Counted from the whole stretch's first letter, positions 51,220-63,812 are shown. The stretch is DNA of 63,873 nucleotides, filler included, from Rhizaria sp. SCN 62-66 (GCA_001724265.1; 3 parts of 3 records of this genome joined end to end with filler, not necessarily neighbours in it), one strand, 5' to 3'. Numbers and translations: made by a program. The notes: generated from the letters alone by a model not told the origin.

Positions 51220-52736
51220 TCACCGCGCCGCCATGGCCCTGATCCTGCGCAGCGGCGCCACGAGCGCCGCGCCGGCGTTGGGCAGCATGAGGCCCAGCGG
51301 CATAACGCCCGCGAGCGCCTCGGCGACCGCGGTGACTGTATGCAGCAGCGACGGGTCCGACGACAGCGGGTTTACGCGCGGCGGCAGCGCCTCAGTCCCG
51401 GGCGCCTCAGGGGTGCGGGAGCCAGCGGTGTGACTTTGAGGGGACCCAGTGAGAGCAGAGGGCGTGTGGCTATGCTGCGAGTTGGAGCACGAGTGCGAGT
51501 GACCGTGGGCGCAGGAGTGACCGTGAGCACCATGCGTACCCAGCAGCTCTTGTTTCTCACTGTTGTCACTCTCAACACCAGCAGCATCATTGTTATTGCA
51601 ATCACCGTCATCGTTGTCATGCTTGCAGTCGCCGCATTCAGCAGTCCCGTTGTCCCTCACGCGGACACGGCCCTGACCACCACCACCAGCAGCAGCCTCG
51701 GTGCTGCTGACCGCCAGTCCCGGCCCTCGAGGCCCGCGGCTGCTGCGCGCGGCGACTACCACTTCCCAGCCCGCCTGCGCCTGCGTCAGGCCCAGCGCGG
51801 CCGCCAGCGCACGGACCAGGCACGGCGCCGCCGCGGCGAGCGGCAGCGGGGACAGCAGCAGCAGCAGCAGCGCCGCGTTGGTGCCACCGCCGCCGCCGAC
51901 GCCGGCTGCAGCGGCAGCGGCCGTGAAGAGGGAGTTGGTCGGCGAGAAGAGCAGGGGGGAGAGCAGCGCCGACAGCAACGAGAGGGCGAGGAGCGGGAGC
52001 GAGAGCAGCAGGTGCAGGGTGACGTTGTAAGGGGACCAAAGGGTGAAGGGCAGCAGGAGCACGACGGCAGTGGCCACGGGTGGCAAGAGGAACAGCAGAG
52101 TTGGCACCAAGGGGCTGCGAGACAAAGAAAGCACAAATAGGATGACGTATTTAGATAATTCGAGTATATCAATAAAATTTGTAGAAACAAATTGATACTA
52201 GAATTTTTACATATTACAATCAGCATTTTCACCAACTAATCACCATATATCTGTAGAAATGTGCAATTTAGTGTGTTTTCTCTGCTCGTTGCGTACCTTA
52301 TAAGCTCTTGCGTCGATGCTGCCACAGCCTCTGCGGGTGCCGTGCCAATCACAAACGGAACAAGCGCGGGCAGCCAGCTCTCCAAAAGCCCCTTGTTAGC
52401 CAGCGTGCGGTCTGTAGTTAGATAGGTCGTACTGTGCGCGAACAGCACGCGCGCGATGTCCACGAAGAGGAAGAGCAACGCGGCGGCGACGTGGGCGGTC
52501 AAAGAGGCCCAGTAGGGGGCGCCCGGGTGCGAGAGAGCAAGCGGAGTGCCAGCGCCGACATGGAAAGGGCGTTGGGGTAGGCCGTCCAGTTGCTGTTGTT
52601 GCTGTCCGTATTGTCCTTGATGTACAAGTGGTCGTGAGACACTATTGGAAGTTGACAACGATGAAGACGACGATGACGATGATGGGGTCGGTTGTTGCGG
52701 GCGTGAACGCACGCTGGGAGCAAGCTCAGTGTCCAT
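51220..52736 (-). CDS. Unidentified multi-pass membrane protein with a His-rich loop; exons 52736-52297 and 52114-~51220; 3' end possibly lost in the gap
   Basis: In-phase intron GTACGC(52296)...CGCAG(52115). Several Leu/Ala/Pro hydrophobic stretches and HGAHGHSCAHGHSHSC. The apparent TGA at 51222-51220 overlaps a possible GTGAG donor next to a (GAGGC)n repeat at the contig edge. Confidence 0.6.
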
Positions 52737-53137
52737 AATGTACAATTAGATACTGAAAACAAGCTTGAATCAAAGAGACACCTGTTGCAGAGCGGACTTT
52801 GATTGGATCAGGCCGACCAAGTGTGGAAGAGACAAGAGATCAAAACTTGAGTCTGAAGATAGGAACAAAAATACACGACAATGAGACATAACATCAAAAT
52901 CATAAGATATTATTATAATATCATTAACTAAATCGATAATTGTATCTATTGAGATCCGCGTTGATCAATCATGACGACCATATATCGTGTTCTATCGTTA
53001 AAAAAATAACATCAAGAGCACTCCCCCCTTCTTCGCTGACTCGCCACGAACTGACAACTTCGACTCAGACGCGCTGGTCGGTGTTTTCCCTCCTTCCTTT
53101 TCGTTTAAATGTTTGTTTTATCACGACTAGCACTTGC

Positions 53138-55529
53138 TTAGAAGCCCATGCTCAGCGCGACGACCGCGACAAGCGCGACAACAGCGCTGCTGACGGTGTA
53201 GAGCGCGGCGCCGTTGACCTTGGCGCACTTGCCGCTGACGCAGGAGCCGGACGAGCAGTCCGCGCCGGTCTCGCAACTGTAGTCGTTAGGGCAGCCGCCG
53301 CAGTCGCTGCCGCCGCAGTCGACGTCGGTCTCGTCGCCGTCCTTCTCTTCGTTGGCGCACGTGGCGGGCAGCGCGTCGTAGGTCGCGGCGGAAGGCACAG
53401 CGCGGATTCCGAGCGCCGCCGTGGCGTCCTTCTGCAGGCCCGTGCTGGGGGACGTAGAAGCCGTCTTGAGCAAGTCGAGCACGTCCTCGTACAGGGCCGT
53501 GCTGGGCACGGTGACCACGGTGACGACGGTGAGCTGTTGCGTGACCACGGGGTCCTCGCTGACGGAGCGCTTCTTCGAGGCCTTGTTGGCGACTGTGTCC
53601 GGGATGGGGCCCAAGCTCTGGCTGGAGACCTTGACGTACTTGGTGTTGACGCCCGCCGCGGCGGCGACGACGGCGGCGAGGGCGTCAACCTTGGTGAACG
53701 GCAGCAGCGCGTTGGTCGAAACAGTGAAAGTCTGCGTGATCGTCTCGATCGGGGCCTTGCCGGCGAAGATCTCGTTCACAGTCACCGCGGTGTTCTGGGC
53801 GAGCACGCCGAGGGTGGAAGTCTTGCTCTTGATCACGACGGAGGCGTCAGTCGCCTCGGCCGTCGCCGCAGTGGGCGTCTTGAAGCCGTTGCAGTGCACG
53901 TACAGGGGCCTGGATAGAAAACGATACATATAAAAACAATGATAGAAATGAGGTTATGATATTTTCGATAAAAATAAAGCTAGAATATAATATGGCAATA
54001 GATTCGTAATGGTGAGAAGAACATTTTCTTGACACTCAGTTTGTCAACGTACTTGGAAGCACTCGCAGCCGCGTCGTCCCCCAGAGTGACGGTCAGCACG
54101 ACGGGCTGCCCCGCCGTGTAGGTGGTCAACACACCGGTCGCCCTCATCGTCGACGCCACGGGGGACTTGACGCCGATCGAGAAGGCGCACTCGGGCGCGG
54201 CGGCGGGCTTGGTGCCGACCGCCCATTCCTTGGGCAGCGTGACAGTGATCACGTCTCCGCTGTAGAGCGCGACGGGCAGGGGGCGCAGGGCGAGGGTGAG
54301 CCATCCGGCGACGCTGCCCGCGGTCGCGGTCTGCGGGATCACGCGGGCCGCGGCGAGGCCCACGGTGGGGAGGCGTACGGGCCCGAAGGTGATGTTCGCG
54401 ACGGTGCCGCGGAGCGTGGTGGACTCGCCCTCGTAGAAGGCCGCCGAGCCACCGATGACGCCGTCGTGCGCCTTGGAAAGCGTGACGTTGTTGCAGTCGA
54501 TGTAGAAGCCCTCGGACATCTTGGCGATGGTCTCGTACGCGATGAGCGTAAGCTCGGTGCCCGCTGTGATGCCGACGGCGTCGTAGGGCGCGCCCGCGGT
54601 CACGCAGGGACTGTATTCGGGGTGGATGACGTAGCCGGGGTTGAGCTGCGCGGCCGTGGGCAGCGAGAGGATGACCTTGTCGCCCATGTAGACGGGGAAG
54701 TTGAGGGTCGGGAACATGAAGCGCACGGAACCGGACTCGTACTGGTTGGTGACAGAGCCGATGGTCGTCATCGTGGCGTCCGTGAGCTTGCGCGAAGTGA
54801 CGGCGGGCAGCTCAAAGTTCTCGGTGACAACCTTGGCGCCGGCGTCCGTCACGGCGATGGTGGCGGTGGACTTGGCCGTCACGGCGTGCGCCGTGTTGAA
54901 GTTCTTGCATACGATGGTGAGGGCGCCAGTGACAGTGTACGTCATGGGAATGTTGTACTTGTTCACGTCAACGTTGGGCTTGAGGATAGGGATGTCGGCG
55001 CCGCTGTTGACGTTGCAGGGCGCCATGTAGTCGATGGTGAACGTCGTGGGCAGAGTGAGCTCGATCACGGCGTCCGTGGTCAGGGCCTTGGAGTTGGCGG
55101 TCGAGATCGTGATCGTGGTGCTCGAGAACACCTCGCTCACAGGGGGGTCGTACGATGCAGTAGAAGCCTGGGCATGTCATTGTATGCGGGCAATTGTAGG
55201 AGAAACGAGATTGCATTAGTGGTGACGTATATAGGACGTTTAGGAGAAGAAAAATAATTGAGGTTTTCGAGTGAGAGTTGCACTGGTTAACACGAGCTTG
55301 GGAGTGATAGATAGATAACTAGAGTAAAGCCAGAGACGCATATGGCATAGTATGTAAAGTTCTAATTCGCGGACACAGTTTAAGCTTTGGTTGTCTCTGG
55401 TGAAGCAAGAAAGACGCCACAAATTTGAGCGCTTCGTCAAGAGCTTTGAGAACGTACAGCGTTGGCACCTGTGGCGAGGCACAGGGCAGCGACGGCAAGG
55501 AAACCGAGGAAAGTACCCAGGAACCTCAT
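53138..55529 (-). CDS. Secreted, probably GPI-anchored surface protein with Thr-rich beta-sandwich-like repeats and a Cys-rich ETDVDCGG module; exons 55529-55458, 55167-54053, 53909-53138
   Basis: Signal peptide MRFLGTFLGFLAVAALCLATGANA. Three related units (IELTLPTTF / VILSLPTAA / ITVTLPKEW, ending IVCKNF / IDCNNV / VHCNGF). CANEEKDGDETDVDCGGSDCGGC module. Hydrophobic C-terminus NGAALYTVSSAVVALVAVVALSMGF. Both introns have GTACGT donors. TAA stop. Confidence 0.82.
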
Positions 55530-56025
55530 CGCAGTGTGTGGTCTGTGACATGGCCAGTGGGGTAACAAAGGGTATTGAGGAGATACAGTAGCGCACAGCG
55601 GCAAAGAGGAAGGGCGAGAGAGGAGTGGGTGAGTGGGGTGGGTGAGAGTGGAAGTTGTGAGACAGTTCACAGACTGATAAGTGCAATTTTCAACATGATG
55701 AGTTTATCTTTATATATTTTAGAGATTTTCTGACTCCATATAGCTGTAACAAACTCGACTGACGATCCTGGTAAGAGATTCGGCGCGGAGAAATATTGGC
55801 GAAGGGGACCCCTTCTTTGCTTTTCCAACCAGTGGACCGAAAAAACTGTGCGCGCGCCTGCCGCCTGCCTGCCTCATATTTTCTTATAACCAACTTTAGC
55901 GCGCGCAAACCAAGAGCTAAACATAAAATATTGTGTATTTCAAACACATTTATAAACAAAACTACATAATATATAATCTTTAAAATCCTGACATGAAATC
56001 ACATCGCAAAAGCGCTGCGTGACGA

Positions 56026-58152
56026 TTAGAGCATCGCGAGCACACTCTTGTCAAACATCTTGCTCACCTTGCCCACCGTCACCCCGCCGGGCCCCGCCAG
56101 TTCCACGGGCAGCCTGCGCACGCACGCCTGCGTCTCCTCCTCGGCACCCGTGGCGGTCTGATTTACGTCCTCGTCCTCGCCGGCACCGGCACCCGCCGTC
56201 GCCTCCGCACTCGCGCCAGCGGCAGTGGCGGCGCGCGGCGCGGCGTTGCGCCCCCAGACGCGGACGACCTCGCCGCCCTCGCCCGCGACGGACCGTGAGA
56301 CAACGAGCGCGAAGATGGCGTCGTAGCCGCCCGCGCCGGGCACGCCCGAAAGGACTACACCCGGCACGGCCTCGGTGGCGTCGAGCAGGCGCGTCTGCGA
56401 GGTCGGCTCCACGGGCACGCCCGCCGCGTCGCCGATGCTGCGCAGGCCCGCGCGGACGAGCGCGAACCGCGACGCCAGCGTGTGCATCGCGCGCACCGTC
56501 GCGGCGGCCACTCCGCCGTCGCCGCTTGCCTCAGCAGAGCCAGCCGCAGTCGCAACCGCGAGAGTATCCCAGTCGCGCCAGGTGTGCTTCGCGCACAGCG
56601 CGAGGCCAGCGTCGTACCCCGCGCCGTCACGGTCGTACAGCGCGATGAGCTCGGCGATGGCGCGCTCGACGGCCGCGTTGCGATGCGCCTGCGCCTGCCA
56701 CTCGGCCTCGGCGCCGGGGGCCGTGGCGCGCCAGTGCAGGATCGACTTGACCATCGAGGGCGTCTCGGAGCCGCCCTGGAGACAAGTCAAACGAATGACA
56801 GGACAAAAACATTGGGGAGAAAAATATCAGTTTGGATTGGAACATATGTTATTATCGATTTGCGATTGAGAATAACATGCATGAGCGAAAATTTTCGTCG
56901 CAAAAAGTCAAGATTTAATAAAGTTATCTCCCAAGTTTATCCTGTTCTGCGGTGTTAAAAACGTACCTGGACGTCGCCCAGCAGAAGCTGCAGCCCCGGG
57001 GGCAGCACAAAGGGCGCGGCCGTGTCGTCCCAGCCCGCCTGCTGCGCGTCGTCGCTGCCGCCGCCGGACTGCTTCAGCATCGCCACCAGCGCGGCGGCGG
57101 GGATAGGGGCTGTGGCGGACAGGAAAGGCGCGATCACGCGTGGGGAGAAGCGCGTGTAGATATGGGTACCGAAAAAAGCGGCCGCAACGTCGAAGCCGCT
57201 GCCGACCTTGCCCTGGGCGGCGCAGTGGGCGAACTGTGCGAGGCTGCGAGTGCCGAATCATGACAACACATAGTGGCGTGAGATGTTACGAGTAAGTTAC
57301 AATAGTCAGTGATATGTCACAATACCAGGCTAAATGTCACAGATATATAATATTGTAATGAAATATATCTCAATAAAGATGTCCTGTTAACTACTTGTGT
57401 TGATAGTGTTAAATACGCTGCTTAGTTCTGTTGACATACCGGTACGCAAGGAGACGGTCGGGTGAAGAGGGCGCGCTGACGTCGAAGCCGAAGTGCGCAA
57501 AGAGCGCCGCAACAAGCGAGCACACAACCGCGGCGCTGCTGCCGAGGCCCGTCTTGGTGGTGTAGTCTGCAGGGTCGTCGTTATCGAGCGGGAGAACGGC
57601 GTTCGCGCTATCAGAGCTAGCAGCAGAGCACGCCTTGTTGTCGTTGCTGGCGTCTCTGCCACTGCTGCCGCTCTTGGTGCTCTGCGAGGCAATCGGAAGA
57701 GACGAGTAAAACGAGCGGTCGCCGCGCACGTGCACGACAAGCCCGCCCGCGAGCTTGGCGACGAACTTGTCGGCGCCCAGCTCGTGCTGCACGGCCGACA
57801 GCACGTGCTGCAGCGTGGTGACGACGAACGAGTTGGCCGCGAGGTCACCCGAGAGCGCCAGGCCCGACGCGTTGCCCGGCGCGGGGTACGTAACGGCCAT
57901 CGAGAGGGGCGCGTGGCAGCGCTGCGGGGTGAAGACGACGATGGGATAGGTGACGGAGCCATCGGAGTCTGTGTTGTTGCTGGTGAGAGAAGAGACAGGG
58001 AGAGGGAAAACGCTCGAGTGGAGCTGTGCGTTAACGCTGAGAACAATGCCGGTGTTCGGGCGCTCCAGAACAAGGTAGCCACCGGTCACAAGAACCTTTG
58101 CGCCCGCGGAGGCGACGGAGCCCTCGAGCACCACGGTTTCGGGGCACGACAT
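56026..58152 (-). CDS. ERG8: Phosphomevalonate kinase, ERG8 (plant/fungal GHMP) type; exons 58152-57440, 57243-56967, 56775-56026
   Basis: ASAGAKVLVTGGYLVLE, KTGLGSSAAVVCSLV, LAQFAHCAAQGKVGSGFDVAAA, GDVQGGSETPSMV, AAGVPVEPTSQTRLLDA and GVPGAGGYDAIF. TAA stop. Confidence 0.93.
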
Positions 58153-58488
58153 CGAGCTATACAGTTGGGAAAAGACGCATAAATAGGGGTAAAGATCACC
58201 AGTTAGACTACCAATTTGCTCAAATATGTAAAAATATTCATTGTGATTGTTTTATTAACGATATTGCTATTGACGGTGTTTTTGTCGCGCTGGTCATGGT
58301 TTTATCAAGCGCTCACGTCGCTTCTCTCGTCTTCCCTCTTGCCCTCCCCACTTCCATCTCTTTCTTCGCAGGCAGACTGCCGATAAAGCTAACTAGAACA
58401 ATCGCTCGCGGATATTGATTTTTGGCGTAGTAGTCCTTCTGCGGTTTGATTTGAGTTAGATCTACGTCGATCCTTGGCGCCAGCGCTC

Positions 58489-59855
58489 ATGTCCGGCGTT
58501 CCTTCAGCTTTGGCCACAAGCCCAGGTCAAGCTACTCCGGCTGTCCCTAGCGCTGCGCCACAGCTCAGCGGCAGCGACGACGGGTTTTTAGACGACGTCA
58601 CATGGGGGTTTGATGATGCCAGCGCGAGCTCATTATAGTCTAGTGCGCTCTTGAGCCAGGGTGCTGGCTCCACTGCAGCCACTGAAACAGCCTCTGCTCC
58701 GCCGGCTGATACTGTTGTTGCTGCTGCTGCGCCTGCTGCTGCTAGCGCCGCTGCGAACGATTATGACGACGATGACCACTGTGTGGACTACAATATAGGG
58801 CGCAATTACAACAACTTCGTCCCGAAAAGCATTGCGCGTAACAGCACCAGCTCCTTCTCTAACAGCCATAACATTGCCGCCAAAAGTCACGCTACGTATC
58901 TTCACCACAGCGACAACGTAAACAGCGGTACGCGGAGTGACGTCAACGCTGATATCAACCCCACCGCAAACAACGACAGCGCCGGTGTTGGCGACGAGAA
59001 TGACGACGTGTACTTGCCCGACAGTGACAGTGAAGCGGTCACAGCGCCGCCGCTCCCGAACCGCTCTGCCGCGAGCTCTGCTGCACACAGTGTCAATCAC
59101 GCGGGGGCTCCTCACAGTCACCCGAATGGTACTCACGGACGCGCTAGTCTCAGTCGCAGTGCGCACGGCAACTCGGTGCCCCCGATTGTGTTCCCAGTAG
59201 CCCACAGCTACGGTCATGGTCACAGTCATGGTTCGATGAATAACAATTCAAACACAACTCACGCACGTCATGCCAACAGTACTCGTACTGCGTCTGCTGC
59301 TGCTGAAGCGTTTGTGCCTTCGCTGGCAGCAGGCCCGCCCGCCCCCTACGCCTCTGTGTTCTCGGAACTCGAGCATCAGCAACAGCAGCTCAAGCTACAA
59401 CAGCAGCAACAACAACAGCAACAACAAGCGCATCACGGTCACGGGCACTCTCACGGTCCCGGCCGAAACTGCGCCCACGACCATAGTAACCCGAATGACA
59501 ACAATGGAAGCAGCAGCAGCGGCAGCCGCGGCAGCAGCAGCAGCACAGCTGGCAGTAGCACTCCAAGTGCGTCTCGCTCTCCAGCGAACGCGCGTAGCTC
59601 TCGCGGCAACGCGAGTGCGAACGGCGCGGCGGCAAGCGCGCGGACTCGCAGGGCCAATAGGGCTCCGCCGGACGCCGTGACTCCGCTGCACACGCAGTCG
59701 GGCTCGGTGCTGCTGTTCGGCGCCTTCTCCGCCGCCGCCGCCTCGGCCTCCGCAGCCGCCGCCGCACGCCGACGCCGACGCCGTGACCGTGCAGGCAGCA
59801 ACGGCGACGGCGACGGCAACGGTAGCGGTAGCGGTAGCGACAGCGCTACACGCAC

Positions 59856-59888
<33 letters not shown>

Positions 59889-62515
59889 ATATAGCCGCCG
59901 TAGTGTTGGCGGCGACAGCGCGGGCGTCGAGGACGACGGCGAGCTGGGCTGCCGCGCGCTCGAGCTCACTGTCGCCAGCAGGGACGTGGTGCTGTGGGCC
60001 GCGCGCGCGCTGGACCCGGACGAGGTGACCGTGAGCAGCGGACAGGGCTCCGGGGCGCGGGTGCGACTCATCAACCCGAACAGGACCGCTGCTCACGGTC
60101 GCGGTCGCGGGCGCAGCAATATGGCTGCTCACGGCCACTCGGAAGATGATGACAATGATGAGAACGGTGGCAATGACAGTGACAGCGAAAGCGGGGAGGA
60201 TGTGTGCGAGTATTACCGCGAATACTTCGAAGAATTCTCAGACGACACGGATAATACTGACAACCGTGATCTTAACAATGTTTCGCATAATCGTTCTCTG
60301 ACTGTGTCTACACTCCTTGTTCACGTCAAATCGTGGCTGTGTCTGTTGCTTGGCCTGCCAGCCACCCTTGCCGCGCCCACAGCAAGCCTGTTTTGGTCTG
60401 GTGGCAGCAGCAACAGCAACAGCAACAACAGTAGCAGCATCAGTCGTATGCTGCCGCCCGCGGGTGCCGTGCGCGGGAGCGCGACCGCAACCATCACTGT
60501 TCCGTCGCACTCAAGCGCACGTACATCCTCCGCGAAGAGTGACAGGGGCCAGAAAGTGCGCACGGTCACTACTGTCCCGGTTGCGCTGCTCACAGTCCCG
60601 CCTTTGCCGCGCCCGGCCGCGCTGTCGCTGCGGAACACGCGGCCCTTCTTCCTCCTTCTCGCGCTGGCGCTTACCGTGCCCGTGTTCGCGCTGCTGCTCG
60701 CCCACTTCGCCGTCGCGCCGCTGCTGTACTGCGAGACGCTGCCGGGCTTCTGGTACGGCTACAACAGCCGCTACAGCCTCACCATCGACGCGCTGCGGCC
60801 GCTGTCGCACCAGTGGCCCCGGTCGGGTCTCGCCGCGCTGCTCCTCGCGCTGGGGCTCCCGCCGCGGCCGCTGTGCCGCCCCGCGGCGCTGTACGCGGCG
60901 CCGCTGCTGCTCGCCGCCGCCGCCGCCGCCGCCGCGCTGCTCGCGCCGGCGCTGCTCGCGCGCGCGCTCGCCGTGGACAACACCGCCGCGGCGCACCTGC
61001 AGAGGCACCAGCAGCCGTACAGCAGCGTCTCTGCTGCGGGGGCCGCCTCTTCAGCACGCCAGCAGCTGCAACAGCAACAACAAATGTCGATTAAAGATGA
61101 CTCTGCTTGCAGTCAAAGTGAAAACTCCGCATTTTTGTTCTTTTCTGAGCCCGGTGTTGTGAAAGTCACTGTTTTGGCGCGGCGTATGCTGCGCCTTCTG
61201 CAGCCAGCGCTGACAGCCCGCTTCACGCAGTCTGTTAATCAACAGTCTCGCGATCAGCGTCACAGCGGTGGTGCGGTGGGCAACATGAGTCGCAACAGCA
61301 GCGGTGCTGATGGGGACCCCGCAGCTACTGCAGCTGTTACAACGTTCAGTCACTCTTCAGGATCGGGACGACGTCGTGTAGCAACAGCGGCACCAGCAAC
61401 GGCTACAGGCGTTGGTCTCGTGCGGCTGCCGCAGTCACGCTGGGTTGTGCCTGTCACCGTCATCGCGCCTGCAGTGCCAGCGCTGTCTAAAGGGGTGCTT
61501 ACGCGCTACTCGCAACACAACAATGACAACAAGGGAGCAGCTGCCCAAAGATCTAAGGGGGCACTTACCCGTCGCCCCAGCTTGTTCCTGCCCCCGGCCC
61601 CGCTCGCGCTGTCGCTGGCGCTGGCGCTGTCAGCACTGCCGCTGCCGCTGCCGCAGGGCCTTGCGTCCCCGCTGACTCAGGCCCTCACCACGGTCGTAAC
61701 GCCGTCGCTCTTCCCCCTGCTGCTGCCGCTCGCGCTGCTCTGCATCCTGTACCAGCCCGCGCTCGCCAAGCTGCCGTTGCCGCTCGCGTTCCCGCTGCTG
61801 CTGTGTCTGCTTTCGCTGCCCGCGGCCGCCGCCCAGGCCGCCGCCGCGCTGGCCGCTGCGCCGCACGCCGCCGTCGCGGCCACGGCGCCGCGTTTGCGTC
61901 CGCGCGCCGCCGCGCTCGCGCAGCTGCTATTCCTGGTCGCCATCCCACTGCTCGCGCACGACGCCGTCAACGGGGACGTCGCGGCCATCTTCTCGCTGCT
62001 GCTGCTCGCGGCCGCGGTTTGCGGCTCCATCGCCGTCGTCGGCACGGCGGGCGCCGGCAGCTGGGCCCACGCCGGCGACGCCGCGACCAGGGCCGTGGCG
62101 GTCGCCATAGCTGTGGACAGGGACGTCGCCAGGCAAGCTAGGGCGAAGGGGGAACTCTTTAGACAGGATCAGAAACAGTTTGTTTCTACACAAGTGTCTC
62201 AGGAGAGCGTGTATGTCCCGAACTTACCGTATGTTATCCAGAACAAGAGTATTGCGCGTAACGCTGCTCTCGCTCAACACGAGGATAAGGAAGATGAAGA
62301 CGAGAGTGTTGGCGTTGCTTTGTGGAGTCACCGCATCAATACGACACTCCCGGACTCTGAGTCCGACAACAGTGACAGTCCTGGTGTGAGCGAGATTGAC
62401 GAGTCAGTTCTTGCGCCGTGGTCAATTGCCTTGGCTCTTGGTCCCCGTACGTCTCTCTTACTCTGTGTTAAGTGGCTATTTGCACCACTTCTTAGCACTC
62501 GCGCAACAGCAACAT

Positions 62516-62547
<32 letters not shown>

Positions 62548-63501
62548 ATAACAATGACATCAGGACAAGTTGACGCTTGGCGACTAAACTTCCTGCTATC
62601 CCTGCTGCTCACAGTCATCTCACTGCTCACAGTCATGCTCAACGGCCTGGCCACCCCGTCCGCCGTGGCGACTGCAGTGTGCCTCACTGTCACACTGTAC
62701 TGTGAGCTGGTCGTGCGCGCCGCTCTCGCAGCGGCAGCGGGCGGGCAGGTGGCGTTCGCGCTCCAGACGGCGCTGTTGGCCACGATCAACAACACACTCA
62801 GCCACACCACTGTCACTGTTTCTCAGCCTGATGGCGACGTCAATGCCACTCCGCGTTACAGCGCTGACGCAATGACATCCCGTCAGCGTCGCCGCTTACT
62901 GCGCTCGCTTGTGCTTGTCCTCCCGTCCGGTGCCCGCATCTCTGCCGCCACCGTTGCCGACGAGTCGCCGCTCTCGTTTGCCTCCCGCTGCCGACTGCTC
63001 CTCACCTCGCCAGCACCAACAGCTTCCGCAACAGCAGTAGCCGCAGCAACATATGTGCCCGTCGCCCCGCTGCCCCCCACGGGGGCGTCGCCCTCGCGCC
63101 CCTGTCTGCTGTGGGCGCTGCTCCTGCTCCTGCTCGCCCTCGGCACCGCGGCCACGGGCGCGGACGGCGAGGGCAGCCTGCTGCTGGCGCTGACCGCCGC
63201 GGGAGCGGTGGCGGCGGTGGTGCGTGTGTGCTCAGAGTGGGGGGGGCTCGGACTTGGACTGAGTCTTTGTAGTCGCAACCGTGGCGGTGGCAGTGACAGC
63301 GCAGGATGTGGCGTTGACGTCAGGAGTATCTGGCTTTTCGATGACTCTGCGAATACCAGCAGTCAAAACATCGATAGCGAGAACGACAGCGACAGCGACA
63401 GTGACTCTGACAGCTACAGTGACAGTTATAGCGGCAGCGAGAGTGGGTCTGAGACTGAGCGCAGCGATGAAAGTGACAGTGATGAACACACTCATCCATA
63501 A
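58489..63501 (+). CDS. Large (~1670 aa) unidentified multi-pass membrane protein with a disordered His/Gln/Asp-rich N-terminus; in-frame TAG at 58636-58638
   Basis: ATG 58489 (MSGVPSALATSPGQ...DDASASSL*SSALLSQGAG) is in frame with the 58651-63501 ORF. Many Leu/Ala-rich hydrophobic segments from ~60300 onward and an acidic SD tail. TAA stop. Without readthrough, the first in-frame ATG is ~750 nt further downstream. Confidence 0.7.
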
Positions 63502-63812
63502 TTAGAGTGAAAATTAGCTTCAAGCAGTGTTGTTTGAAACATCATCAGTGATTATGGCGAGGCGTTGCCGATATCGCCGCTGTTGCTGATGTGGCTGCTC
63601 AAAAATGAAACAATAGGGCATGTTGATGAAGTACTACTTAGAATGAATACCTAGCTCAACTCAATACATTTCGTTTTCAATGAAACTCATCGTCAATCGC
63701 GCTGGCATTCTGTGAACACGAATGTAGTGACTATATTTAAGTTCCAGTGTACCCTGCCCTCGAAGAAGACGAACAAAAAAAAACAGACCGTGTACAAGTA
63801 CAAAAAGAAGAA

